Assembly (NCBI GenBank): GCA_963668445.1
Contig: OY764335.1
Span: 1,022,083-1,086,082, forward strand
Reading direction: 5' to 3'
Length of the DNA: 64,000 bases
DNA from: an uncultured candidatus Porisulfidus sp.
Lineage (GTDB): Bacteria; Pseudomonadota; Gammaproteobacteria; Poriferisulfidales; Poriferisulfidaceae
Positions 30,949-40,427 of the stretch are shown piece by piece; position 1 is the stretch's first letter, and every line of letters starts with the position of its first letter. A model generated the notes under the pieces. That model worked only from the letters and a program-made list of their open reading frames with translations, was not told where the DNA came from and made no database searches. The translations under genes and the position numbers were made by a program.

Positions 30949-31776
30949 ATGGCGCCGGACGCGCCCCTGACCGGACTGGGGGTCGGCCTGCGCGGCCCCC
31001 ATGTCCCCGACATCCTCGCGCAGCAGCCCCCCATTCCCTGGTTCGAACTGCTGACCGACAACCATCTGAGCGCCGGAGGCGCCTTGCGGCACCAAGCTGA
31101 AGCCGTCGCCGAACGGTACCCGGTCGCCCTGCATGGCGTCAACCTATCGCTGGGCGGCACCGACCCGCTGGACCTCGACTATCTGGGCCGCGTGCAGGAA
31201 CTCGCACGCCGCGTCCGCGCCCGGCACATTTCGGAGCACCTCGCCTTCACGTCCTGCCATGGCCTCCATAGCCACGATCTGCTGCCCCTGCCCTGGACGG
31301 AAGAAGCACTGCAGCATGTCACCGACAGGGTTCGGCGGACCCAGGATTTCCTGGGCCGGCGCATCCTGGTGGAAAACATCTCCACCTACCTCGAATACCG
31401 GCATTCCAGCATGAGCGAGGGAGACTTCCTGCGGGAACTCTGCCGTCGCACTGGCTGCGGATTGCTTCTGGACCTCAACAACATCCACGTCAATGCCGTC
31501 AACCACGGCCACGACCCTGTCGCGCAGCTGGACACCATGCCTCTGGAACATGTCGGCGAAATCCATCTGGCGGGATACGAGGCCCGCGGCAACCTCCTCA
31601 TCGACACGCATGGCGGCACGGTGGCCGATGCGGTGCTGGACCTGTTCGCCCGTGCCGCGCCGCGCCTGCCCGAAATTCCAGTGCTGTTCGAGTGGGACAC
31701 GAATCTGCCTCCTTGGTCCGCGGTCTGGCAGGAATTCCAGCGCCTTGCGCAAGCGCACCAACAGGCGCTCGCATGA
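30949..31776 (+). CDS. bufB: DUF692 multinuclear non-heme iron oxidative enzyme (MNIO)
   Basis: GVGLRGPH, ELLTDN, HGVNLSLG, ISEHL, LLPLP, LVENI, LLDLNNIHVN, EIHLAG, IDTHG, LFEWD. Confidence 0.9.
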   Translation: MAPDAPLTGLGVGLRGPHVPDILAQQPPIPWFELLTDNHLSAGGALRHQAEAVAERYPVALHGVNLSLGGTDPLDLDYLGRVQELARRVRARHISEHLAFTSCHGLHSHDLLPLPWTEEALQHVTDRVRRTQDFLGRRILVENISTYLEYRHSSMSEGDFLRELCRRTGCGLLLDLNNIHVNAVNHGHDPVAQLDTMPLEHVGEIHLAGYEARGNLLIDTHGGTVADAVLDLFARAAPRLPEIPVLFEWDTNLPPWSAVWQEFQRLAQAHQQALA

Positions 31777-32552
31777 ACCTCGCGCAGCTGCAGGCCCTCA
31801 TGCTGGAGACCGTCACCCATACCGGCTCTGCCGCCGGCCCGCTCGCCGCGCTGATCCGGCCGGCCCAAGGCATCCCTCCGGAAGACCGGCTGGATGCCTA
31901 CCGGTCCAATATCCGCGGCGCCCACCTGAAAGCCCTCCATGCCGCCTATCCGGTCACGCGCGAAGTGCTGGGAGAACGCTATTGGCAGCAATTGCTCGTA
32001 CAGGAAATTCCGGCTTTCGGCTCCGCCTCGGCGGATCTGCATGAGTATGGCGGCTTCATGCCGGAATTGCTGGCCCGTGCCCAGCAATCCCGCCCGGAAC
32101 TAGCGGACTTCAACTATTTGCATGAACTCGCGCAACTCGAATGGGCCCTGCACGAAACGCTGTCCATGCCCGCCGAGCCGGAGTTCGATTGGGCCGCCTT
32201 CCAGACGCTCGAACCCGAACGCCAAGCGCAGCTGCAATTCATCTTGAGCCGAGCATTGCAGGATCTGCACTTCGTCCACCCGGTCGATGCCTTGTGGCAT
32301 GCCCATCGCGGGAATGCCGAATCGTTTCCGCCGCAATCCCCGGTCACCTGCTGCGTGCATCGCCAAGGCGCATTCAAGGCCACCGTCGCCCGCCTGAGCG
32401 AGCGCGACTGGAATCTGCTCAATGCGCTGCGCGCGCAACTGCCGTGCGACGCGCTGCCTGCGGAGAGCCGGCAGGCTCTTCTCCAGACCCTCCACGACTG
32501 GATCGGGCGCGGCTGGATCGTCGGCTTCCAGACAGAGCCGGACGGCCCTTGA
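31773..32552 (+). CDS. bufC: DUF2063 MNIO partner protein (HvfC/BufC-like)
   Basis: RLDAYRSN, ALHAAYPVTREVLG, LHEYGGFMP, ELAQLEWALH; ATGA overlap with DUF692. Confidence 0.85.
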   Translation: MNLAQLQALMLETVTHTGSAAGPLAALIRPAQGIPPEDRLDAYRSNIRGAHLKALHAAYPVTREVLGERYWQQLLVQEIPAFGSASADLHEYGGFMPELLARAQQSRPELADFNYLHELAQLEWALHETLSMPAEPEFDWAAFQTLEPERQAQLQFILSRALQDLHFVHPVDALWHAHRGNAESFPPQSPVTCCVHRQGAFKATVARLSERDWNLLNALRAQLPCDALPAESRQALLQTLHDWIGRGWIVGFQTEPDGP

Positions 32553-32555
32553 GCG

Positions 32556-33752
32556 CTACTTCGGAAGCACGCGCACCCGCGCGATGCGCCGACGGCCCAC
32601 TTGCAGCACGACGGGCCGGTCCATTGGCAATTCGCACTTCGGGTCGCCGACCTTCTGCTGGTCGATGCGGACCGCGCCCGCCGCGATCATGCGCCGCGCC
32701 TCCGACGTCGAAGCGCACAGCCGCGCCTGCAGCAAGGCATTCGGCAGCGGCATGACGCCCGCCGCGCGCACCGTGACCTCCTCCAGTGCGTCCGGCAGCT
32801 GGCGGTCGCGAAAGCGTTTCGTAAAGTCCTCCTGCGCCCGCACGGCGGCCGCGTCGCCATGGAACCGGGCCACCAGCTCGCTCGCCAGTTCCAGCTTCGC
32901 ATCCCGCGGGTTGCCACCCTCCTCCTCGGTGCGCTGCCGCAAGGCGGCAAGCTCCTGCTCGTCGCGCAGGCTCAGCAGGTCGAAATACCGCCACATCATC
33001 GGATCCGACAGCGACATCAGCTTGCCGAACACCTGCTCCGGCGCTTCATGGATGCCAATGGCATTGTCATAGGATTTGGACATCTTGCGCACTCCGTCCG
33101 TGCCCTCCAGCAGGGGCATCGTCATCACGATCTGAGGCGGCTGACCGCGCCGCTTCTGCAATTCGCGTCCGACCAGCAGGTTGAAAGTCTGATCCGTGCC
33201 GCCCAATTCCACATCCGCCTCCAGCATGACCGAATCGTAGCCCTGAATGAGCGGATACAGGAATTCATGCACGGCAATCGGCCGGCCGGCCGCATAGCGC
33301 TTCGCGAAATCGTCGCGCTCCAGCATGCGGGCGACCGTATGCTCCGATGCCAAGCGCACCAGATCGTCCAGCGTCATTCGATCCATCCATTCGGAATTGA
33401 AGCGCACCTCCGTGCGTTCCCGGTCCAAGATTTTGAAAGCCTGCTCCAGGTACGTCTCCTGGTTAGCTCGCAGCTCCTGCGCGGTCAGCATCGGGCGCGT
33501 GGCCTTGCGGTTGGAAGGGTCGCCGATGCGCCCGGTGAAATCGCCGATCAGGAATACCACTTGATGGCCCAGTTCTTGGAACTGGCGCATCTTGTGCATC
33601 AACACCGTATGGCCCAGATGCAGGTCCGGAGCCGTCGGGTCGAAACCGGCCTTCACGCGCAGCGGCCGGCCCTCCTGCAGGCGCTTGTCCAAATCCTCTT
33701 CGTGGAGCACCTGCTCCGCACCCCTGAGCAGCGTGGCGAGAACGGCGTTCAT
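32556..33752 (-). CDS. tyrS: Tyrosine--tRNA ligase
   Basis: [35 protein letters not shown]-terminal S4 domain. Confidence 0.97.
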   Translation of the reverse strand: MNAVLATLLRGAEQVLHEEDLDKRLQEGRPLRVKAGFDPTAPDLHLGHTVLMHKMRQFQELGHQVVFLIGDFTGRIGDPSNRKATRPMLTAQELRANQETYLEQAFKILDRERTEVRFNSEWMDRMTLDDLVRLASEHTVARMLERDDFAKRYAAGRPIAVHEFLYPLIQGYDSVMLEADVELGGTDQTFNLLVGRELQKRRGQPPQIVMTMPLLEGTDGVRKMSKSYDNAIGIHEAPEQVFGKLMSLSDPMMWRYFDLLSLRDEQELAALRQRTEEEGGNPRDAKLELASELVARFHGDAAAVRAQEDFTKRFRDRQLPDALEEVTVRAAGVMPLPNALLQARLCASTSEARRMIAAGAVRIDQQKVGDPKCELPMDRPVVLQVGRRRIARVRVLPK

Positions 33753-33975
33753 GGATGCGGGACAGCCTCGTTTCAAGCGGAACAAAAAGATAATATACCT
33801 GTTGTGCAGAAAAAGGGCAGACATTCCAGCCTGCGTTGTCAAACCAAAGCCCGCCGGAAGACCTCGCCTTTCGGAATGCCGGTGCGATCGTGCCCGTGCG
33901 AAAATCGGCATATAATGCACTGGCGCTGGCGAAGTTCCTGCCGGGTCGGCACCGTGCCGGACGCGACTTCGCAAG

Positions 33976-35307
33976 ATGCGCCGCGAACTGGCCAGCCTCC
34001 CTATCCGCATTACGATGCCCGCATTCCTCCGCAGCCGGCGATGGCGACTCTTTTTGGCCGTGGCGCTGCTGGCAGCCATTCTGGCGAATCCGCTGCAATT
34101 GACCGCAGAGCGCACCGCTCTGCAAACGGCCCTCATAGATGCGCCCCCGCCGCATACGCCGCCCGCACCTGCGGCGCAGCCGCGTCCGAAGCATCCCGCC
34201 CCGCCTGCATGGGATATCGAAATCACCGTCCGCGACGGCGACACCTTGTCGTCCATTCTCCAGCGCCTGAACATAGGCGTATCGCTGCCGGCCCTGCTGC
34301 GCCACGATGCCACGCCTTCTCTGCACCAGCTTCACCCGAAGCAAATCCTGCGCCTCCGTCAGGATGCCCAGGGCCTGAGCCATCTCGCGCATCAGACGGA
34401 TCCTGTCACCGAAATCCATTACCGGCGCGCACCAGACGGCACTTATACGGCCGAGCGCGTGAAACTTCCGGTCGAACTGCGCCGCCGAACCGTGCAGCAT
34501 ACCATTGAGCGGAACCTCTTTCGGGCCGGACTGGCTGCAGGATTAAGCTCCGCCAAAATTCTGGAACTTGCCAACATCTTCCATTGGGATATCGACTTCG
34601 CGCTTGGCATCCGCAAGGGCGACCTCTTCAAACTGGTCTGGAACGAACGCTGGGCCCACGGCCGCCATATCCTGGACGGCCCCATTCTGGTGGCGGAATT
34701 CGTCAACCGCGGCCGGACCTACCGGGCGCTACGCTATGTGAACCCGGACGGGCAAGCGCGCTATCACGCGCCCGACGGCCAGCCGATGCGCAAACTGTTC
34801 CTACGCACGCCGACAGACTTCACCCGCATCAGTTCGTACTTCAATCCGCACCGCTTGCATCCGATTCTGAAGGTCGTCCGTCCTCATCGGGGCATCGACT
34901 ATGCCGCCCCGACCGGCACCGCCGTCTACGCCGCCGGCGATGGCACCATCACATACCGCGGCTGGCTCGGAAATTACGGCCGCGTCATCTTCATCCAGCA
35001 CGGCTCCCGCTACACCACCGTCTATGCCCACCTCTCGAAGTACGCACCCGGACTGCGTTCCGGAAGCCGGGTCACCCAAGGGCAGCGCATCGGCCGCGTC
35101 GGCCAAACCGGCATGGCGACCGGCCCGCACCTGCATTACGAGTTCCGCGTCGACGGCGTGCATCGCAATCCGATGACGGTCTCGCTGCCGCCCTCGACCC
35201 CGCTGCCGCGCGCCGAGCAAGCAGAGTTCCGGCGCCAAGCCCGGCCCCTGCTCGATGCCTTAAGCCTGCCTGCCGACCCCCCTGCAGCAACGGCCGCAGC
35301 CCCATGA
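33976..35307 (+). CDS. M23 murein DD-endopeptidase (MepM/OapA-like)
   Basis: TM anchor, LysM-like [19 protein letters not shown] and GPHLHYE; start may be 34015. Confidence 0.88.
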   Translation: MRRELASLPIRITMPAFLRSRRWRLFLAVALLAAILANPLQLTAERTALQTALIDAPPPHTPPAPAAQPRPKHPAPPAWDIEITVRDGDTLSSILQRLNIGVSLPALLRHDATPSLHQLHPKQILRLRQDAQGLSHLAHQTDPVTEIHYRRAPDGTYTAERVKLPVELRRRTVQHTIERNLFRAGLAAGLSSAKILELANIFHWDIDFALGIRKGDLFKLVWNERWAHGRHILDGPILVAEFVNRGRTYRALRYVNPDGQARYHAPDGQPMRKLFLRTPTDFTRISSYFNPHRLHPILKVVRPHRGIDYAAPTGTAVYAAGDGTITYRGWLGNYGRVIFIQHGSRYTTVYAHLSKYAPGLRSGSRVTQGQRIGRVGQTGMATGPHLHYEFRVDGVHRNPMTVSLPPSTPLPRAEQAEFRRQARPLLDALSLPADPPAATAAAP

Positions 35308-36398
35308 CCGAACTGTACCTCGGCGCCCTGACCGGCACTAGCATGAACTCCTTGGATGCCGCCATCTTCGATTTCCAGTCCGACCGTCCCGAACTCGTGG
35401 CCCGGCATGCCGCGCCGTTCCCGCCCACCCTGCGGGACAAACTGCACCATCTCGCCGTCAACCCGCATCCGCTACGCGAATACGCACTGACGGAGCATGC
35501 CTTCAGCCGATGCCTTGCGCAATGCATTCGCGATCTTTTGGATGCCAGTGCCCTGCCGCCGGCGCGCATCCGAGCTGCCGGCGTCCACGGCCAGACCCTA
35601 CTCCATCAGACCGGCTCCGATCCATCCCTCACGCTGCAGCTGCTGGATCCCAACCTCGTCAGTTCCCAATGCGGCATTCCGGTGGTCAGCGATTTCCGCC
35701 GCCGCGATTTGGCCGAAGGAGGCGAAGGCGCGCCGCTCGCGCCGCTGGTTCACCAGCTACTGTTCGGCACCGACGCGGAACACCGCGCCATTGTCAATCT
35801 CGGCGGCATCGCCAACGTCACGCTGCTGCCGCCGGGCGGACCTGTGCGCGGCTTCGACAGCGGCCCGGGCGGCGGCTTGCTCGACGAGTGGTGCCAACTG
35901 CACCAGAGCCAAGACTTCGACCGCGACGGCCAATGGGGCCGGACCGGCACGGTGCAGGAACGCCTGCTCGAAACCATGCTGGCCGACCCGTACTTCGCCC
36001 AGCCGCCGCCCAAAAGCACCAGCCGCGAATACTTCGACCGCTCTTGGCTCGAAAGTCTGATCGCCGAGCATCCGGCTAGCCCCGAAGACGTGCAGGCGAC
36101 CCTGACGGAACTGACGGCCCGCAGCATTGCGCTGGCACTGCGGCATGCGGATCCGCCTTGCCAACGCGTGCTCCTGTGCGGCGGCGGCGCCCGCAACACG
36201 TACCTGACCGAACGCCTGGCCGCACAAGCGGAACTCCCCGTCGCGGCGACAGATGCGTACGGCATGGAGGCCGAATGGGTCGAATGCTGCCTGTTCGCGC
36301 TGCTGGCCCGCCGCCATCAGCAAGGCGAAGCCACCGACCTGACCGGCATCACTGGCAGCCGCATGGCTGCCGTGCTGGGCGCAACTTGGGCCGCTTGA
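35304..36398 (+). CDS. anmK: Anhydro-N-acetylmuramic acid kinase
   Basis: GVHGQT, VSDFRRRD..GGEGAPL, NLGGIANVT, GFDSGPG, PKSTSRE, LCGGGARN; usual tyrS/M23/anmK/erpA context. Confidence 0.9.
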   Translation: MTELYLGALTGTSMNSLDAAIFDFQSDRPELVARHAAPFPPTLRDKLHHLAVNPHPLREYALTEHAFSRCLAQCIRDLLDASALPPARIRAAGVHGQTLLHQTGSDPSLTLQLLDPNLVSSQCGIPVVSDFRRRDLAEGGEGAPLAPLVHQLLFGTDAEHRAIVNLGGIANVTLLPPGGPVRGFDSGPGGGLLDEWCQLHQSQDFDRDGQWGRTGTVQERLLETMLADPYFAQPPPKSTSREYFDRSWLESLIAEHPASPEDVQATLTELTARSIALALRHADPPCQRVLLCGGGARNTYLTERLAAQAELPVAATDAYGMEAEWVECCLFALLARRHQQGEATDLTGITGSRMAAVLGATWAA

Positions 36399-36401
36399 GC
36401 G

Positions 36402-36767
36402 CTACGGCGAAAACGAAGAGCCGCAGCCGCAGGTCGTGGTGGCGTTCGGATTCCGGATGACAAACTGCGCCCCTTCCAAGCCTTCCGTGTAATCGATCTC
36501 GGCGCCGACCAGATACTGGAAGCTCATCGGATCGATCAGCAGCGTCACCCCGGCATTCTCAACCTGGGTGTCGCCATCCTGCACCGTCTCATCGAACGTG
36601 AAGCCGTACTGGAAGCCGGAGCAACCGCCGCCGCTCACGAACACGCGCAACTTGAGCGCGTCATTCTTCTCTTCGTCAATCAGTTGCTTCACCTTGCCGG
36701 CCGCCGCATCGGTGAAGATCAGCGGCGCCGCCTCGGCGGCCTCAGGAGCGGAGATTGCCTCGCTCAT
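36402..36767 (-). CDS. erpA: A-type Fe-S carrier
   Basis: [25 protein letters not shown]. Confidence 0.95.
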   Translation of the reverse strand: MSEAISAPEAAEAAPLIFTDAAAGKVKQLIDEEKNDALKLRVFVSGGGCSGFQYGFTFDETVQDGDTQVENAGVTLLIDPMSFQYLVGAEIDYTEGLEGAQFVIRNPNATTTCGCGSSFSP

Positions 36768-36947
36768 CGGTGCCCTCCTATCGGGTTGCCACGCCACTCA
36801 TGATACCACGTTCCGTCCGTGCAGGGCACCCGGGCGGCCGCCATCGGGCATGGGCCTGCGCCTTGCCGCCGAACTTCCCGGGGCCCGCCGGAGCCGCCGC
36901 TCCGAATGCGGATCCGGCGCCGCCGCCGGGAGGAGTTCGCCGCCGTA

Positions 36948-36976
36948 TTGAAATATTGCTCGAAAAAGATTACAAT
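36948..36976 (+). promoter_or_regulatory. Near-consensus sigma70 promoter of the lipoprotein gene
   Basis: TTGAAA-N17-TACAAT (5/6 and 5/6), 100 nt upstream of ATG 37077. Confidence 0.7.
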
Positions 36977-37076
36977 CCCCCCTCACGGTGCGCAATGCCC
37001 GGCTTGTGGCTGGCGGCGTGCGTCGTTATAAGTGCACTGAAAAACCAACAACCACAACAACTCTGGAGTTTTACTT

Positions 37077-37373
37077 ATGGACAACAAAGCAAAGGTGATG
37101 GCCTTGAGTGCCATTTTCGGCGCAACCATGCTAGCCGGATGCGGCGTACCGCAAGCGGTCAAGGACCATCTGGCCACGCTGGACGGGCAGGTCGCAGCAG
37201 CGCAATCCACCGCGGATGAAGCACTGCGCATGGCCAAGGCAGCAGACCATATCGCGTTCCAAGCCAAGGAAGCCGCCGCAACGGCGGACGAACTGGCTCG
37301 CATGGCGATCGCCTGCTGCGATGCGAACTCGCATCGGCTCAACACGATGATCCACGACATGCAGAAGAAATAA
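37077..37373 (+). CDS. Lpp/OprI-like alanine-zipper outer-membrane lipoprotein
   Basis: Lipobox LAGC (Cys22), Ala-rich heptads, C-terminal KK, own promoter, RBS and terminator. Confidence 0.85.
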   Translation: MDNKAKVMALSAIFGATMLAGCGVPQAVKDHLATLDGQVAAAQSTADEALRMAKAADHIAFQAKEAAATADELARMAIACCDANSHRLNTMIHDMQKK

Positions 37374-37395
37374 TCCCTTTGCATTTTTGTGGCAT

Positions 37396-37430
37396 CAAGA
37401 AAAAGAGCCTGTTTCAGGCTCTTTTTCTTG
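37396..37430. terminator. Bidirectional Rho-independent terminator
   Basis: Perfect 16-bp inverted repeat CAAGAAAAAGAGCCTG-TTT-CAGGCTCTTTTTCTTG between convergent genes. Confidence 0.9.
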
Positions 37431-37510
37431 TACGGCTCGAACGCGGCATTCCAGCCGCCGACGAACCGCCCCGGCATAGGCATGCCGAGTCTTGAGATAT
37501 TGACCCGAAC

Positions 37511-38530
37511 CTAACCCGAGCCGCCCGGCTTGCGCAAGCGCCAGCGCAATTCCGGCCGGTGCCCCGGCGGCGGCGCGAAATCCTCCCGCCACCCTACCGC
37601 CGTTGGCACGCCAGCTTGCCAGCGCGCCACTTCCATCACCTGATCCCAGAAAATCACGTAGTCGCCCGGCTGCAACTGCGCTTCCAAAGCCGCCACTGGC
37701 GCCATCAACTCGAACCCCTCGAACTCCGGATTCTTTTCCGCCATCGGGAACTCCTCGAGCGGCCGTGCATGCGCTTCCATGTACACGATGCCCCCCAGCA
37801 GCCCTACCTTGATCGGCATCGACACGATCTGGACCGGCGTCCCAAGCGGCACGCGGTAGATCAATTCGGCAATGTCGGCCGGGCGCAGCCGAATGCAGCC
37901 GTGGGTCACCCGCATGCCGATGCCCTCATTGCGGTTGGTGCCATGGATGAAGTAGCCTTCCATCCCCAGCATCAGGGCATAGCGCCCCAACGGATTGTCC
38001 GGACCCGGCGGCACCACGCGCGGCAATTCCTCACCCATCGCCCGATGCTCCACCCGCACGGATTCCGGCGGATACCAGTTGGGGTGTTCCAGCCGGTCGA
38101 TCACTTCCGTCGCGCCCAGCGGCGTCACCCAGTCGATCCGCCCGGCACTGACAGGATAAGTGCGCACCCGCGTCGCTCCGTCCTCTCCAGCCTCGTAGTA
38201 GTACAAGCGCAATTCGGCAAGATTGAGTACGATCCCTTGGCGCCGCGTGCCCGGTAGAATGTATTGCCTTGGAATGCGAACCTGAACGCTTTCCCCCGGC
38301 ATCCAAGGATGGATGTTCGGGTTGGCCCACAGCATCTCATGAAAGCCGACCTGATGCGCATCAGCCAAATCCGGGACCGTCTCTCCGTAGCGCGTCGTGA
38401 TGCTGTAGGAAGCGCCCACGACGGAATCGCCAGACATCGGCAGTTCCAACAATTCCGCATGCGCCGGCATCAGAGCCAAGACAAGCGCCGCGCCGCCCAC
38501 GCAGTTCCATCCATAATGGTCATGCAGCAT
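37511..38530 (-). CDS. L,D-transpeptidase (ErfK/YcfS/YnhG type, LysM + YkuD)
   Basis: GIVLNLAELRLYYY, PPGPDNPLG, FIHGTN, THGCIRL. Confidence 0.9.
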   Translation of the reverse strand: MLHDHYGWNCVGGAALVLALMPAHAELLELPMSGDSVVGASYSITTRYGETVPDLADAHQVGFHEMLWANPNIHPWMPGESVQVRIPRQYILPGTRRQGIVLNLAELRLYYYEAGEDGATRVRTYPVSAGRIDWVTPLGATEVIDRLEHPNWYPPESVRVEHRAMGEELPRVVPPGPDNPLGRYALMLGMEGYFIHGTNRNEGIGMRVTHGCIRLRPADIAELIYRVPLGTPVQIVSMPIKVGLLGGIVYMEAHARPLEEFPMAEKNPEFEGFELMAPVAALEAQLQPGDYVIFWDQVMEVARWQAGVPTAVGWREDFAPPPGHRPELRWRLRKPGGSG

Positions 38531-38582
38531 AATCAGCCGCCCGGCAATCGCGCCCCAGCTTCAACGGGCACAAGTATATGGG

Positions 38583-39809
38583 ATGCGCCCCCATGCTTGC
38601 CGAATCCTGATTGCCCGCCGCCTTCTCCCTGCCGTGTCGTACGCCGAACTGTTTGAACTGGATCCGCAGCTGGTTCATTTGAATCATGCCGGCATCGCTC
38701 CGTGGCCGCGCTGCACCGTGCAGGCCGTCACCCGATTCGCGTATGAAAACGCCCGCTGGAGCGCACGCCACTACGCTCGCTGGCTGGAGGAGGAACAGGC
38801 CCTGCGCGAACATGCGCGCTGGCTTGTGGATGCCGAATCGAGCGACGAAATCGCCTTGCTCAAAAACACTTCCGAAGGCCTTTCCGCCGTCGCTCTGGGT
38901 CTCGACTGGAAGGCCGGCGACAATCTCGTGCTGGCCCGCGAGGAATTTCCCTCCAACCGCATCCCTTGGGAAGCGGCCGCCGCGCGCTACGACCTGCGCA
39001 TCCGCTGGGTCGATGCCACGACTGCGAACGACCCCGAAGCCGCGCTCCTCGAGCAGGTCGATGCCCGCACCCGTGTTCTGGCCACCAGTTCCGTGCACTA
39101 CGCCACCGGCCTCAAGATGGATCTGCCGCGGCTTGGCGCCGCCTTGGACAGCACGCCGACCCTGTTCTGCGTGGACGCCATCCAAAGCCTAGGGGCGCAT
39201 GCCCTCAGCGTGCGCGACAGCCGCATCGATTTCTTGGCGGCCAGCGCCCATAAATGGATGCTGGGCCCGGAAGGCATCGCTTTGTTCTGGGTGCGGCCGG
39301 AACATTACGAACGCCTGCAGCTGACGCAATACGGCTGGCATGGCATCGCACAGGCCGGACGCTACGAAGAGACGGTCTGGGACCTCGCGACGCGAGCGCA
39401 GCGCTTCGAATGCGGCAGCCCCAACACAATTGGCATGTACGCCTTGCGCGCCAGCCTCGACCTGCTGCACGGCATCGGCCTGTCCGAGATCGAGGAACGC
39501 ATCGCGGACCGCATCGGCCAACTGGAACAGGCCCTGAAGATTCTGGGCTGCCGCATTCTGACGCCTGCCGCGCCAGAGCGCCGGGCCGGCATCCTCACGT
39601 TCGCTCCGCCGCACGGCGCCAGTCCCGATATCTGCAAGCAGCTGAATGCACGAAACGTCCTGTGCGCCGCACGGGGCGGCGGCATACGCTTTTCGCCACA
39701 CTTCTATACGCCAGCACACTCCCTGCAGCAGGCTCTGGAAACGCTGGAAAATATCTTGGACCAAGGAGCAAGACAAAAGACTGGTAAACTGAAGCACCCT
39801 GAAGCCTAA
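38583..39809 (+). CDS. Class-V PLP-dependent enzyme (cysteine desulfurase/C-S lyase fold)
   Basis: HLNHAG, VDAIQSLG, ASAHKWMLGPEG, FECGSPN, IRFSPHFY; true start uncertain. Confidence 0.85.
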   Translation: MRPHACRILIARRLLPAVSYAELFELDPQLVHLNHAGIAPWPRCTVQAVTRFAYENARWSARHYARWLEEEQALREHARWLVDAESSDEIALLKNTSEGLSAVALGLDWKAGDNLVLAREEFPSNRIPWEAAAARYDLRIRWVDATTANDPEAALLEQVDARTRVLATSSVHYATGLKMDLPRLGAALDSTPTLFCVDAIQSLGAHALSVRDSRIDFLAASAHKWMLGPEGIALFWVRPEHYERLQLTQYGWHGIAQAGRYEETVWDLATRAQRFECGSPNTIGMYALRASLDLLHGIGLSEIEERIADRIGQLEQALKILGCRILTPAAPERRAGILTFAPPHGASPDICKQLNARNVLCAARGGGIRFSPHFYTPAHSLQQALETLENILDQGARQKTGKLKHPEA

Positions 39810-39848
39810 ACCGCTTCCATGCCTCCGGAATAATCCATGATCCACTCT

Positions 39849-39900
39849 TATAAATATAGTATTAATATATAATAAATATAGTTTTTTATGATTATAAACT
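39849..39900. promoter_or_regulatory. Extreme AT-rich element with an 11-bp direct repeat
   Basis: ATAAATATAGT at 39850-39860 and 39872-39882 (22-bp period), immediately upstream of the DUF6580 gene. Confidence 0.6.
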
Positions 39901-40427
39901 CATTGCGGAACCCGGCGGCATGGGGAACAGTCGCCATGATCATGCTGGCTGCCGCCACGCGGTTGCTGCCGCATCCGCCCAATTTCACGGCCGTGCTGGC
40001 CGTCGCAATGTTCGCCGGCGCCCTGTACGCCCGCCCTTACAGCGCCCTCCTCGTGCCATGGCTGGCCATGGCTGCCAGCGACCTCGTGCTCGGCTGGCAT
40101 GCAACACTATGGGCCGTCTATCTGGCCGTCGCCTTGAGCGTCGGCTGCGGTCGCTGGATGCTGGAACGCTTCCACACCTCCGGCCTGCTGGTCGCCGGCA
40201 TATCCAGTTCCGCCCTGTTCTTCATCACGACCAACTTCGCGGTCTGGGCGCACGGCGAGTTGTACCCGCCAACCGTGGCCGGACTGCTGGCCTGCTACAT
40301 CGCCGCCATCCCATTCTTCCACCATACCTTGCTATCGACGCTTCTGTATGGCGCCGGGCTGCTGACCGTCGTCCGGTACGCTTCCAACCGCAATTGCCTG
40401 GACGCGCTTTCCACGAGGCATGCCTGA
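39888..40427 (+). CDS. DUF6580-like small membrane protein (putative transporter, S-component size)
   Basis: RLLPHPPNFTAV, SDLVLG, FFITTNFAVW, CYIAAIPFF; 179 aa, about 5-6 TM segments. Confidence 0.75.
   Translation: MIINSLRNPAAWGTVAMIMLAAATRLLPHPPNFTAVLAVAMFAGALYARPYSALLVPWLAMAASDLVLGWHATLWAVYLAVALSVGCGRWMLERFHTSGLLVAGISSSALFFITTNFAVWAHGELYPPTVAGLLACYIAAIPFFHHTLLSTLLYGAGLLTVVRYASNRNCLDALSTRHA

Noticed and set aside
39810-39887. Cobalamin or other riboswitch before DUF6580
   Set aside because: The spacer is only 78 nt, AT-rich, with no B12-box or stable stems.
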